A stretch of DNA of 64,000 nt from an uncultured delta proteobacterium (GCA_963769935.1 CAVYNY010000010.1:608001-672000); one strand, 5' to 3'. Shown: positions 22,295-32,979, counted from the stretch's first letter. Numbers and translations: made by a program. The notes: generated by a model not told the origin, from the letters alone.

Positions 22295-24283
22295 ATGAAT
22301 GGCTGGAATCGTTTTATTACCCAGTGGCAAAAAGACTTTAAACTATGGCTGTTTTTTATTGCCTTTTTTCTGGTGTTCAGATGTGCCTTGGTGGTTTTCT
22401 TCAGAATCCAAATCGATGCATCCAGCACTTACCGGGATGTTGCGGCCGCCCTAATCAACGGCTTACGCTATGACAGTGTCATTGCAACCTATTTATCAGC
22501 GATCCCCCTTCTTTTCAGCATAATTTCCGGGTTTGCCGGTACAGTCCATCTGGCGGATAAGGTGCGGAAAATAATCGGCACGATCGGCGTGGTTTTGTCG
22601 GCCATGGCCTGCGTTGCGACCTTCAGTTATTTCAAGGAATTCGGCGACCAATTCAATCATTTCATTTTCGGTCTCATTTATGACGACCGCCGGGCCACCC
22701 TCCTCACGATATGGAAAGAATATCATGTCATTCCAAATGCTATCGCCATGGCGGTAATCGTTGTCGCGGCCTTGCTAATCATGCGCCGCCTTATTCGGTA
22801 TCCATTTCTAACGCCGCAATCTCTTAACCGGTTGACGCCGACCCTTGTGCCTAAAATTGCTGCCGGGCTGATTATCGCCGTTCTTTTTGCGACCGGGGTT
22901 CGCGGCTCCCTGGGAAGACGTCCGGTGCAGCCGCGGGATGTCGCCATCACCAGAGACGAATTCCTGAACAAAACGGTGTTGAATCCGTTCATGGCGTTAA
23001 TTTATGCCGTTCAGCAGCAGCGCGAAGTCTCGAATGTAAGCGGGTTCAAGGTATTCCTGCCGGACGGCGACGTAAGAAACGCTGCGCAAACTTTTTTTTC
23101 AACCAAAGAAGCCTATGACGATCTCGACCGCTACATGCTCCGCAAGGCCAAAGGGACAAACCACACGGCCCCGCGCCATATTTTCCTTATCGTGGGGGAG
23201 GGATACAGCGCCTGGCCGCTCATGAAAAAATATGCAGCCCTCGGGCTGGCCGAGGGCGGGCAGCAGTTATCGCAAAACGGGCTCAGGGTTGAGAAGTTTA
23301 TGCCTTCGGCCGGCGGTACGATGTCGTCACTGGGGGTAATCATAAGCGGCCTGCCGGATGCCGGCGTCAACACGAATTACCAAAAGACCGCGCGCATAGC
23401 CTATCCCACGAGCATTGCCGATATCTTCAGACAGCTCGGTTACCGGACCCGTTTTTTTTACGGAGGATATTTAAGCTGGCAGAAGGTCGGGAATTTTTGC
23501 CGGGCGCAGGGGTTCGACGAAATTTACGGCGGCGGCCATATCGGATCCTGGGCCTCATCAAACGAATGGGGCGTGGATGACGAGTATTTATTCGAATTTG
23601 TCTTAAAGACCGTCGACGATGACCGGCCGAGTTTTAATATGATCATGACTACGTCCAATCACCCGCCCTACGATATCGACGTACGCGCCAAAGGGTTTAA
23701 ACTGCGTGAAATTCCCGCCGGACTTAAATCGGCCTTGGCTGATGATATTAATTTTATCGAGCTCGGGCATTATTGGTATGCGGATCGGTGTATCAAAAAT
23801 TTCGTGCTCGGTGTCGAGAAAAAACTGAAGCTGCCTTTGGTAGTGATCACCGGCGACCATGCCTGGCGCAAAAAGATCATCAAACAACCCGATCTTTATG
23901 AAAAAACCGCTGTTCCGCTTATCTTCTACGGCCCGGATGTCCTTGACGACATCACGTTGCCGCCGGACGTCACCGGAAGCCATCTGGATATCGACAGCAC
24001 TCTCGTTGAGCTGGCGGCGCCCCGGGGATTTCAATACCATGCCCTCGGGAAAAACCTTTTTGACCCGCAGCAGAGGGCTTTAGGATTCGGAGGCAGCGTG
24101 GTTATCGGACCTGATTTCATTGTCGACGTGGAGGGCGCCCGAAAAGTATACCCGCTTCCCGATCAGAAATTGCCCCGGGAACAGCCGGATTTGAAACAGA
24201 TAACCGGATTGTACAATGATCTAAACGGCATGGCCTGGTGGCGAATCGTGCGCGGTCCCAGACTTTTGAAACAACTAAAGTAG
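22295..24283 (+). CDS. LTA synthase (LtaS/MdoB)-family phosphotransferase
   Basis: Five N-terminal TMs plus an alkaline-phosphatase-superfamily domain (IVGEG, GGTMSS, SNHPPY, TGDH). Confidence 0.9.
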   Translation: MNGWNRFITQWQKDFKLWLFFIAFFLVFRCALVVFFRIQIDASSTYRDVAAALINGLRYDSVIATYLSAIPLLFSIISGFAGTVHLADKVRKIIGTIGVVLSAMACVATFSYFKEFGDQFNHFIFGLIYDDRRATLLTIWKEYHVIPNAIAMAVIVVAALLIMRRLIRYPFLTPQSLNRLTPTLVPKIAAGLIIAVLFATGVRGSLGRRPVQPRDVAITRDEFLNKTVLNPFMALIYAVQQQREVSNVSGFKVFLPDGDVRNAAQTFFSTKEAYDDLDRYMLRKAKGTNHTAPRHIFLIVGEGYSAWPLMKKYAALGLAEGGQQLSQNGLRVEKFMPSAGGTMSSLGVIISGLPDAGVNTNYQKTARIAYPTSIADIFRQLGYRTRFFYGGYLSWQKVGNFCRAQGFDEIYGGGHIGSWASSNEWGVDDEYLFEFVLKTVDDDRPSFNMIMTTSNHPPYDIDVRAKGFKLREIPAGLKSALADDINFIELGHYWYADRCIKNFVLGVEKKLKLPLVVITGDHAWRKKIIKQPDLYEKTAVPLIFYGPDVLDDITLPPDVTGSHLDIDSTLVELAAPRGFQYHALGKNLFDPQQRALGFGGSVVIGPDFIVDVEGARKVYPLPDQKLPREQPDLKQITGLYNDLNGMAWWRIVRGPRLLKQLK

Positions 24284-24300
24284 AGATTCCCGATTTTTCT

Positions 24301-24419
24301 GGGATTCCCGCCTGCGCGGGAATGACAATTATGGTATTAATACCGGTTAGTTAAAAGAGATGTCATACCCGCGAAGGCGGGTATCCAGTCGTTAGAATGA
24401 CTTTTTACGATATCATCAA
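24301..24419. repeat. REP doublet (ATTCCC-N8-GGGAAT type) plus a MITE-like end
   Basis: gattcccgcctgcgcgggaatgac ... gtcatacccgcgaaggcgggtatcc form an inverted pair, followed by gactttttacgatatcatcaa. Confidence 0.7.
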
Positions 24420-24472
24420 ATTCGAATAAAATATGTCGATCTGATAAGTTGACAAATCAGAGATAGAACTCG

Positions 24473-26389
24473 ATGTTTAATCGCTATACCCAAACTCTTT
24501 ATGCACTCCTGCTGAGCCTGAGTGTCTTAATGTCAACCCGGCTGTGGCTTTATTTTCGCCATATTAGCGACTTTTCCGATCTGAGCTTGGGAGAATTTTT
24601 TTTATCGCTTTTCACCGGTCTTCGTCTGGACATCATGATCGTCTTTACCTGGGCCGGTGCGATCATATTTTTTCTCATCTGGCCGGCCAGGTTTACGTTC
24701 AACCTTTATTACCGGAAAATCCTCGGTCTTTTATGGGCGGTTGTGATCGTCGGGATTACGCTTGCCGATATAGGCGATATTTTATATTTCGACTTTGTTC
24801 ACCGCCACGTCGCCCAAGAATTGTCCGTTATCGGCAACGATATCGATAGCCTGGTTCAAATGGCGCTGCATTATTACCTGCCGGAGCTGATCGCCGCTAT
24901 TATTTTTTCAACTTTTATTGTGTATCTTTTTTACAGGCTCTTTAAACCCCAAATCAAAAAGCGAAAAATTACCCTGAAAGAGTATTCAATTCCGCTGCTT
25001 GCGAGCATGGTGCTTGTTTTGGGAATCCGGGGCAATTTATCGGGCAAATCCTTTGCCATTTCAGATGCTTTTGTGGTCAATAAAATGAGCTTCGGCAATC
25101 TGGCCCTGAATGGTTTTTTCTGTCTTTACCGAAACGGCGGGGTTTCCCAGGCCAATCATGACCACATGCCGCTCGAAGCCGCTGTGGCGCAGGTAAAGCA
25201 AGCATTAAACAGCCCCGCTGTCAGCTTTTCAGAAGATCCTAAATATCCCTTGATGCGTGCATATGCCAAGACCGCAAAGAAGCCCTGCAATATTGTCATT
25301 ATAATGTTTGAAAGCCTTAGTGCCGGCTATGTCGATAGTTTTTCCGAGAACAACTACGGTGTAACGCCGAATTTCGATAATTACGCCGACAACGGCCTGA
25401 AATTCACAAATTTTTATGCGAATGGACAACGCTCTCTGGCCGGGATCCTGGCCCTGATGACAGGGGTCACGCAACCGCATGGAATGCCGCCTCTCGGCGA
25501 AGGCCTGGAATTGTCCAGGCTAAGCTATTTAGGTCGCTTGGCGGCGCAAAACGGCTATGATACATTGGCCATCCAAAGCTCAAGAAGGGGTTCCTTCAAA
25601 ATAGATGCCATCATGAACCTGGCAGGATTTAAACAATTTTATGGCGCTGAAGATATACCCAAGACAGGCGACGAAGTCGGAGCCCCGAATTTTGGGGTTT
25701 ATGACGGTGACATGCTCCGATTTATGCACAAAAAAATCAATGCCCTCAAGGAGCCCTTTATCTCTTTTGCCTTCACGGCAACAACCCACGCCCCGTATTT
25801 CTCACCTGGAAAAAAGTGGGAAAAATATCCCCAGGACCCCGCTTCCCGTAATGGTTTTCTAAATACGGTTTCGTATGTGGATGCCATGTTGGGAGAGTTC
25901 ATGCGGGCCGCAGCTGAAGAGCCATGGTTCGACCATACGATTTTTATATTTACCGCCGACCACGTCCTGGGCATCGATGCCAGAAAAGAAAAGATGAATG
26001 ATGAAAAGGCGCGAAAGTTTACGGCTTTGGATGATTTTCATATTCCTTTAGTTATGTATGCGCCGAAAATAATGCCGTCTAAAACGATCGACCGGGTGGG
26101 CTCACAAGCCGATCTTTTCCCAACAATCATCCAGCTGTTGGGCTGGCGCAATCAATTTGCAAGCCTGTCGCAATCGTTGCTGGATGAAGAGGTACCGAAG
26201 AGATTTGCCTTTTTAAGAGTCGGCTCTATGCTTGGAATTATCACCGCAGAGGGCATGCTGAAATATAATTTTAGCGCTGTGGTTTATAAGCAGGGCAGTG
26301 AAGCAGCACTAAAAGAGATGGAATATCTGCTGAAGGCATTCGATACTGCCGAGGCCGGTTTAATTGAAAGCAACCGCTGGGTAAAGTGA
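24473..26389 (+). CDS. LTA synthase-family phosphotransferase (second paralogue)
   Basis: N-terminal TMs; NIVIIMFESL, NGQRS, TTHAPY and TADH. Confidence 0.9.
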   Translation: MFNRYTQTLYALLLSLSVLMSTRLWLYFRHISDFSDLSLGEFFLSLFTGLRLDIMIVFTWAGAIIFFLIWPARFTFNLYYRKILGLLWAVVIVGITLADIGDILYFDFVHRHVAQELSVIGNDIDSLVQMALHYYLPELIAAIIFSTFIVYLFYRLFKPQIKKRKITLKEYSIPLLASMVLVLGIRGNLSGKSFAISDAFVVNKMSFGNLALNGFFCLYRNGGVSQANHDHMPLEAAVAQVKQALNSPAVSFSEDPKYPLMRAYAKTAKKPCNIVIIMFESLSAGYVDSFSENNYGVTPNFDNYADNGLKFTNFYANGQRSLAGILALMTGVTQPHGMPPLGEGLELSRLSYLGRLAAQNGYDTLAIQSSRRGSFKIDAIMNLAGFKQFYGAEDIPKTGDEVGAPNFGVYDGDMLRFMHKKINALKEPFISFAFTATTHAPYFSPGKKWEKYPQDPASRNGFLNTVSYVDAMLGEFMRAAAEEPWFDHTIFIFTADHVLGIDARKEKMNDEKARKFTALDDFHIPLVMYAPKIMPSKTIDRVGSQADLFPTIIQLLGWRNQFASLSQSLLDEEVPKRFAFLRVGSMLGIITAEGMLKYNFSAVVYKQGSEAALKEMEYLLKAFDTAEAGLIESNRWVK

Positions 26390-26399
26390 GGTAAATCCT

Positions 26400-28088
26400 G
26401 TGTCCAACCATCCCGTGAATACCAGCGACCTCCAGCCCGGCAAACCAGCCGACACGAAGGCTTTTATTTTCCTCATACTGGTTGCGCTTTTTGCGGTCTT
26501 GTTTAATCTTGGCGGACGTCCCATCGAAGCCAAGGACTACGTGCGGTATCCGGAAGTCGGGCGGGAAATACTCGAATACAATGATTGGGTGCTGCTGCAT
26601 CTCAATGGCAGCCTGTATGTCGACAAACCCCCGTTGCACTTCTGGTTGATCGCAGGGTCATACAAATTGTTCGGGGTCAATCCGTTTGCGGCCCGCCTGC
26701 CATCAGCCCTGGCCGCCTTGGGCGGGGTATTGCTCACATTTTTCTTTGTAAGAAGAATCTTCGACAATACGGAAACCGCTTTCATGGCGGCCATCATATT
26801 GCTTTCAACATATGATTATATGTGGTGGGCCCGGCGAACCCGGATCGACATGATTTTCGCCTTATTATTTGCCGCATCCCTGCTGTGCTTTTATTGCGGT
26901 TGCGCAGCCGACGGCGGTAAGCGCAAAGCCGTCTGGTACCTGGCTTTCTGGTTCGTCACCGGTCTGGCCTTCATGGACAAGGCCTTTATTGCGCTGGCGA
27001 ATTTAGTGGTGGTTATTCCCTACAGTGTCCTGGTCGCTCGCCGGACGGAAGGCGGCAGGGTTTCACCGGGTCTGTTCGCATTAACCAGTCCCTGCCTGCT
27101 GCTGCCGGTGCTGCCCTGGGTCATAGCCCTGGTAGACCACCCTCAATTTTCCGCCTTCTGGGAGGTATTGCAACGGACCAAAATAATGGACCGCCAGGAG
27201 GCATTTTACTATTACCTGGTTCAAATGCCGTTGAAGCTGCTGCCGGCAGCTCCGTTTTTGGCGATGGGAATCTGGGGTTATGCTCGCTACCGTAAATATC
27301 TGTCCCATCGCCATGAGCTCGACTTCGCAATGTTGTGGATTGCCTCCTATTTTGCTATCCTGCATCTAACCGTGGCCAAAAGCGGCCGATACCTGCTGCC
27401 CCTCTATCTGCCGGCCTGTCTGATGAGCGCCTGGGCCATTCAATTTTTTCTCGCAAAAAGAAACGCCATCGTTGCCGCTATCATTCGATGGGGAGATCGA
27501 ATTTTGCTTTCAGTTGCGGCGTTGAGTATCGTCAGCCCCCTTTTCGTTGCCTGGCATTACCACGTCAGCCTGCTTCCGGCTGTATTATATTCCCTGGTCC
27601 TGGGCGTTGCCATGCTTCTGTTTCGCAGGTTTCTGCCCTATAAAACAGCCGGCCTTTTTGTATCCTTTATTATCCTGCTGCTGGCGATCGATGTAAATGA
27701 CACGGTCGGACGGGAAAAAGCTTCCGTGTACTACCAAATGAATCAAATTCTAAAAAATGAGCGCCTGGAAGCCACGCAAATTGCCTTTCAAGGGTGCTCC
27801 AGCCGCGCCCAGGAAGCCCTGAGTTTTTATTTCAACCGGAACATTGCGTGTTCTGAAAAATGGTCTGCAATCGACAGCTCGCCAAAGATCAGGGCGATTG
27901 TTACCACTCGCAACGCAATCAAAGAAGAAATTGCACGGGAAGATATTCAAAACCGCGGTCGAATTATTTATCTGGACAAGGGGTGGGTCATTTACATTAA
28001 GAATTTCGATCAGCCGCCAAGCTCACAAGTAAAGAATCCTGGCCCGGAGAACCTGGCCAAGAAGACCAGGTTTGCAATTTTGGAATAA
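26400..28088 (+). CDS. ArnT/PMT-like (GT-C) membrane glycosyltransferase
   Basis: YVDKPPLHFW, AARLPSAL and K..RYLLP motifs; multi-TM. Confidence 0.88.
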   Translation: MSNHPVNTSDLQPGKPADTKAFIFLILVALFAVLFNLGGRPIEAKDYVRYPEVGREILEYNDWVLLHLNGSLYVDKPPLHFWLIAGSYKLFGVNPFAARLPSALAALGGVLLTFFFVRRIFDNTETAFMAAIILLSTYDYMWWARRTRIDMIFALLFAASLLCFYCGCAADGGKRKAVWYLAFWFVTGLAFMDKAFIALANLVVVIPYSVLVARRTEGGRVSPGLFALTSPCLLLPVLPWVIALVDHPQFSAFWEVLQRTKIMDRQEAFYYYLVQMPLKLLPAAPFLAMGIWGYARYRKYLSHRHELDFAMLWIASYFAILHLTVAKSGRYLLPLYLPACLMSAWAIQFFLAKRNAIVAAIIRWGDRILLSVAALSIVSPLFVAWHYHVSLLPAVLYSLVLGVAMLLFRRFLPYKTAGLFVSFIILLLAIDVNDTVGREKASVYYQMNQILKNERLEATQIAFQGCSSRAQEALSFYFNRNIACSEKWSAIDSSPKIRAIVTTRNAIKEEIAREDIQNRGRIIYLDKGWVIYIKNFDQPPSSQVKNPGPENLAKKTRFAILE

Positions 28089-28106
28089 ATTCGGAAAGTC
28101 CCGGCC

Positions 28107-29168
28107 CTAAACGCTCTGCCCTGCGCTGCGGGCCCTGAGCTGCCCGCAGGCGGCGGATATGTCCTGGCCTTTGCTGCGGCGGATAATGACCGTATAATTT
28201 TTATCAAACAGGATGTCGTAAAACGCTTTTATCGCCGCCTCGGACGACCGTTCGTAGTCACAGCCTTCATGCGGATTAAAGGGTATCAGATTGATCTTGG
28301 ATCGGATCGGCTGCAGCAGTTTCGCCAGGCGCCGGGCGTCATCCTGGGAATCGTTGATTCCCTTGATGAGGATGTATTCGAATGTAATTCGGCGGCCGGG
28401 CGGCAGCGGAAACTGCCGGCAGGCTTCCAGCAGGGCCTCCAGGGGATAGGTACGGTTGATGGGCATCAGCCGGCTGCGGGTTTCATTGTCGGTCGCATTC
28501 AGAGATACGGCCAGATTCACTTTCGTATCCCGGCCCAGGGCGACAATTTTGGGCACCAAACCGGCAGTGGAGACCGTCACCCGACGGCCGGCAAAGCGCA
28601 GGCCGGCATCGTTGTCGGTGATGGCGCCGATGGCACTCACCAGATTCTTGTAATTGGCCAGCGGCTCGCCCATACCCATAAAAACGATATTGCTCAAGCG
28701 CCCGGGATCCTCCAGTTCATATTTAATATCCCGTACCTGGGCAATTATCTCGGCCCGGGTCAGATTGCGCTCGAAGCCGCCGGCGGCCGTCAGACAGAAA
28801 AGGCATCCCTGAGCACAGCCGACCTGGCTCGACACGCAAAGGGTATCATGATCCCTTTCAGGGATGAGGACGGTTTCAATATATCTGTCGTCGTTCAATC
28901 TGAAAAGGTATTTGCGGGAGCCGTCCTGCGATTTTTCAATCCGTGCGACATCGAGTCGGCCGACTGCGAAATTTCGGGCCAGCAGGCCCCGGATATCTTT
29001 GGAAATATCGGTCATACGTTCGAAGCTGTCGACCTGCCGCAGATAAATCCATTTCTGGATCTGGTCGGCCCGATAGGCGGCAATGTCCCGCCCGGCCAGC
29101 CAGGCCACCAGCTGCTCACGGTTGAATTCAAGAATATTTGTCTTTTTATGGGTATCGAATTCCGGCAT
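28107..29168 (-). CDS. rlmN: 23S rRNA m2A2503/tRNA methyltransferase RlmN
   Basis: SSQVGCAQGCLFC, MGMGEP and AACGQL; start chosen at MPEFD. Confidence 0.95.
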   Translation of the reverse strand: MPEFDTHKKTNILEFNREQLVAWLAGRDIAAYRADQIQKWIYLRQVDSFERMTDISKDIRGLLARNFAVGRLDVARIEKSQDGSRKYLFRLNDDRYIETVLIPERDHDTLCVSSQVGCAQGCLFCLTAAGGFERNLTRAEIIAQVRDIKYELEDPGRLSNIVFMGMGEPLANYKNLVSAIGAITDNDAGLRFAGRRVTVSTAGLVPKIVALGRDTKVNLAVSLNATDNETRSRLMPINRTYPLEALLEACRQFPLPPGRRITFEYILIKGINDSQDDARRLAKLLQPIRSKINLIPFNPHEGCDYERSSEAAIKAFYDILFDKNYTVIIRRSKGQDISAACGQLRARSAGQSV

Positions 29169-29258
29169 CTTGATCTTGGCTCTTATCGAATTAATTACTT
29201 GACATACCATCATTGAAATTATATTTTCAAGAATTTTAGAGACCTGTTCGGTAAAATT

Positions 29259-30590
29259 ATGTTTGAAAACTTAAGCGACAAACTCGATGCCGTTTTCCGC
29301 AAGCTCAAAGGGCACGGCAAATTAACGGAAAAAAACATCGAGGAGGGGTTGAAAGAAGTTCGTTTGGCCCTCCTGGAGGCCGATGTTCATTATCGGGTCG
29401 TCAAAGAGTTCATCGCCGCTGTCAAAGAACGGGCCCTGGGTCAGGAAGTTCTGGCAAGCCTGACGCCCGGTCAGCAGGTTATCAAAATTGTCAACGCCGA
29501 ACTGACGGGGCTGATGGGGACTCAGCACGAGGAGCTGAACCTGTCGGGTGCCAGCCCGGCGGCGGTGATGCTGGTGGGACTGCAGGGGTCCGGCAAAACG
29601 ACCACGGCCGGCAAACTGGCGGTTTACCTGCGCAATAAAGGCAAAAAACCCTTTCTGGTGCCGGCGGATGTTTATCGCCCCGCTGCCATCGACCAGCTCA
29701 AGAAACTGGGAGCGCAGCTGGATGTCCCGGTATTCGACTCCAGCGTGGAAATGAATCCCGTAGATATATGCCGGAAGGCCAAAACGGCGGCCCACCTGCA
29801 GGGTTGCGATACGCTGCTGCTGGATACCGCCGGCCGTCTGCATATTGATGAAGCGCTGATGGATGAGCTCAGCCGCATCAACCGGGAGGTGATGCCATCC
29901 GACATCCTGCTGGTGGCCGATGCCATGACCGGACAGGATGCCGTCAACATTGCCAAATCATTTGACGAAAGGCTGGACATCGGCGGGGTCATCCTCACCA
30001 AAATGGATGGCGATGCCCGGGGCGGTGCCGCCCTTTCGATCAAATCGATTACCGGCAAACCGATCAAGTTTATCGGGGTCGGCGAAAAATTAAACGAGCT
30101 GGAGCCCTTTCATCCGGACAGACTGGCTTCGAGCATTCTGGGTATGGGGGACGTTCTCACCCTGATCGAAAAAGCCCAGGAAGCGGTTGACGAAAAAAAG
30201 GCGGCCGAGCTAGAGAAGAAGCTCAGAAAGAGCCAGTTTACCCTGGAGGATTTTCGCGATCAAATGGTTCAAATTCGCAAAATGGGATCGCTGGGCGATA
30301 TTATAAAGATGATCCCCGGCATGGGTAAAGTCAAACAATTGAAAAACCTGGAAGTCGATGAAAAAGAGTTTGTCAGAATTGAGGCCATCATCAATTCAAT
30401 GACGCTCCGTGAGCGCCGGCAGCATGCGATCATCAACGGGAGCCGGCGCCGAAGAATTGCCAAGGGCAGCGGAACCCAGGTACAGGATGTCAACCGATTG
30501 TTAAAAAATTACACTCAAATGCTGAAAATGCTGAAAAAAATAAATAAGGGCGGTATGCGCGGAATGCCGCAGGGAATGATGCCGTTTTAA
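29259..30590 (+). CDS. ffh: signal recognition particle protein
   Basis: GLQGSGKTT, DTAGR, TKMDG and M domain. Confidence 0.98.
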   Translation: MFENLSDKLDAVFRKLKGHGKLTEKNIEEGLKEVRLALLEADVHYRVVKEFIAAVKERALGQEVLASLTPGQQVIKIVNAELTGLMGTQHEELNLSGASPAAVMLVGLQGSGKTTTAGKLAVYLRNKGKKPFLVPADVYRPAAIDQLKKLGAQLDVPVFDSSVEMNPVDICRKAKTAAHLQGCDTLLLDTAGRLHIDEALMDELSRINREVMPSDILLVADAMTGQDAVNIAKSFDERLDIGGVILTKMDGDARGGAALSIKSITGKPIKFIGVGEKLNELEPFHPDRLASSILGMGDVLTLIEKAQEAVDEKKAAELEKKLRKSQFTLEDFRDQMVQIRKMGSLGDIIKMIPGMGKVKQLKNLEVDEKEFVRIEAIINSMTLRERRQHAIINGSRRRRIAKGSGTQVQDVNRLLKNYTQMLKMLKKINKGGMRGMPQGMMPF

Positions 30591-30605
30591 AGGAGAAACA
30601 AAACT

Positions 30606-30860
30606 ATGGCTGTAAAAATCAGACTGGCCAGACATGGAGCAAAGAAAAGTCCTTTTTATCGAATTGTGGTTGCCGACACCGAAAGCCCCCGGAACGGCCG
30701 TTACCTGGAAAATGTCGGCACTTATGATCCTTTGTTCGACCCGGCCAAGGTGACCTTGAAATCAGAGCGAATACAATACTGGGTGAATCAGGGTGCCAAA
30801 CCCACGGACACGGTGCGAAGCCTTTTGAAAAAAGAAGGCTTTTATGCTTCGAATACTTAA
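30606..30860 (+). CDS. rpsP: 30S ribosomal protein S16
   Basis: [22 protein letters not shown]. Confidence 0.98.
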   Translation: MAVKIRLARHGAKKSPFYRIVVADTESPRNGRYLENVGTYDPLFDPAKVTLKSERIQYWVNQGAKPTDTVRSLLKKEGFYASNT

Positions 30861-30892
30861 TCCGGACTAGCCGCAAGCAGTTGCCGTCGAAT

Positions 30893-31411
30893 ATGTCTGT
30901 GGAAAAGAAGGGCTATGTGCTCATCGGCGAAATCATTGGTACCCATGGCATAAAGGGAACCAGCAAATTCCGTTCATATGCCGAATCACTGGAAGTGTAT
31001 GCGCCGGGCCGCGCTATTCTTGTTCGCGAAAGCAGCGGCCGTGAAACAAGCCGCGAAATAAGCTGGGTTAAGCATCAAAGCCGCATACCGCTTTTGTCGT
31101 TTAAAGGAATAAACGACCGCCATCAGGCCGAATTGCTGATCGGCGCGGAACTTTTTATCCCAAAAGCAGAGCTTCCGCAACCGGAAAACGGCAGTTATTA
31201 CTGGTTCGATCTGATCGGAATTGCGGTTTATACGACCGACGATGTTTATCTAGGCCGGATTGATGCGATCATTGAGACCGGCAGCAATGATGTGTACGTC
31301 GTCAAAGATAAGAAAAAGGAAGTACTGATCCCCGCGCTCGAATCGGTGGTCAGGAACATCGACCTGAAACAAAAACGAATGCAGGTCGATTTGCCGGAAG
31401 GGTTGATTTAG
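30893..31411 (+). CDS. rimM: ribosome maturation factor RimM
   Basis: IGEIIGTHGIKG, YYWFDLIG and ETGSNDV. Confidence 0.95.
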   Translation: MSVEKKGYVLIGEIIGTHGIKGTSKFRSYAESLEVYAPGRAILVRESSGRETSREISWVKHQSRIPLLSFKGINDRHQAELLIGAELFIPKAELPQPENGSYYWFDLIGIAVYTTDDVYLGRIDAIIETGSNDVYVVKDKKKEVLIPALESVVRNIDLKQKRMQVDLPEGLI

Positions 31412-31506
31412 TTGATTGGTTAATTAGTTGAATAGTCGATTAGGTAAAAAGGATTTCATCCATTCACTATTCAACCCGTCAACCGATCAATTACTCAACT
31501 GAAACT

Positions 31507-32280
31507 ATGCATTTTACAGTACTGACGATTTTCCCGGAAATGTTTGACCCATTCTGGGAACATGGAATTGTCCGCCGGGCGATCGAGCATCAGATAATTT
31601 GGGCTTCGGCTATAAACATTCGAAATTTTGCCGAAGGTCGGCACCAGGCAACCGATGACAGACCCTACGGCGGCGGCAGCGGAATGGTAATGAAACCCGA
31701 ACCGCTGGCAGCAGCCATTCGAGAGGCATCGAAAACAATGCCCGGGGCAAAAACCGTCCTGTTGACACCCCAGGGCAGGATGTTCAATCAGCAAATGGCC
31801 CGCAGCCTGGCATCATGCCAAGGCTTAGTTTTGGTCTGCGGCCGCTACGAAGGGGTCGATGAGCGCATCTGCGACGATCTGATCGATTACGAGATTTCGA
31901 TCGGAGATTATGTCCTCACCGGGGGAGAACTGGCCGCAATGGTTGTCATAGATGCCGTCACCCGTCTGGTTCCCGGGGCCCTCGGTGGTGAGGATGCGGC
32001 CGAAAAAGACTCATTCTCCGATGGCCTGTTGGAACACGCCCACTATACGCGGCCGGGAATATTCGAGGACCGGGAGGTTCCTGAAGTCCTGTTGTCAGGA
32101 CATCATCAGGAAATTGAACGATGGCGCCGCGAGTCCTCCTTGATGCGGACGCTTCTGAAAAGACCGGATCTATTGGAACAGCGGGAGTTGCCGAACGAAG
32201 AAACCGAAGTACTGAGGCGCTGGGGCAGTCAAATCCGAAAGATATTAGATTGTCATCGGAGCCCAATAAAGGGATCTTGA
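31507..32280 (+). CDS. trmD: tRNA (guanine-N1)-methyltransferase
   Basis: DDRPYGGGSGM, CGRYEGVDER and SIGDYVLTGGE. Confidence 0.98.
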   Translation: MHFTVLTIFPEMFDPFWEHGIVRRAIEHQIIWASAINIRNFAEGRHQATDDRPYGGGSGMVMKPEPLAAAIREASKTMPGAKTVLLTPQGRMFNQQMARSLASCQGLVLVCGRYEGVDERICDDLIDYEISIGDYVLTGGELAAMVVIDAVTRLVPGALGGEDAAEKDSFSDGLLEHAHYTRPGIFEDREVPEVLLSGHHQEIERWRRESSLMRTLLKRPDLLEQRELPNEETEVLRRWGSQIRKILDCHRSPIKGS

Positions 32281-32402
32281 GCAGATCCGTGTCTCGAGGT
32301 CTTATAATTTAACCAGGCAGGGTTGGCCCGTTAGCCCGTTTATCCGTATGCCCGAATCTGCAAAACCGGCCGACCGGCGAACGGGTTAACCGGAAAACAG
32401 GT

Positions 32403-32963
32403 ATGCCCAGGCTTTACGTGGCGTTGACGCATTATCCGGTGGTGAACAAACGGGGCGACATCATCGCTTCATCGGTGACCAATCTGGATTTGCACGATAT
32501 ATCGCGGGCGGCGAGGACCTTCGGGGCGAAGCGTTTCTATGTGGTAACGCCGCTTGTCGATCAGAAAATCCTGGTTGAAAAGATTATCTCACATTGGACA
32601 AACGGCATCGGCGGTGTGTACAATCCGGCAAGGCGCAGCGCGCTGGAGCTGATCAAGACCAAAGATTCCATCGCTGATGCAGCTGAAGAAATTGAAGGCA
32701 TTGAGAAAGTTTACCCGAAAACAGTTGTAACCTGTGCCCGCAGTTTTCCGTCAAGCATCAGCTTCAAAGAATTGCGTGATATTCTGCAGCTCGGCCGACC
32801 GCACCTGCTGGTCTTCGGGACCGCCTGGGGCTTAGCCGAAACGTATATCAGCCAGGCGGATTACATTCTGGAACCGATTTCAGGCCAAACTGCCTATAAC
32901 CATCTTTCGGTCCGATCCGCTGCCGGTATCATTCTTGATAGACTGTTGGGAACAAGAAAATAA
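32403..32963 (+). CDS. SPOUT-family RNA methyltransferase (TrmD-associated)
   Basis: [17 protein letters not shown] and YNHLSVRSA. Confidence 0.88.
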   Translation: MPRLYVALTHYPVVNKRGDIIASSVTNLDLHDISRAARTFGAKRFYVVTPLVDQKILVEKIISHWTNGIGGVYNPARRSALELIKTKDSIADAAEEIEGIEKVYPKTVVTCARSFPSSISFKELRDILQLGRPHLLVFGTAWGLAETYISQADYILEPISGQTAYNHLSVRSAAGIILDRLLGTRK

Positions 32964-32979
32964 AGGTTTGGAGGAAAAA

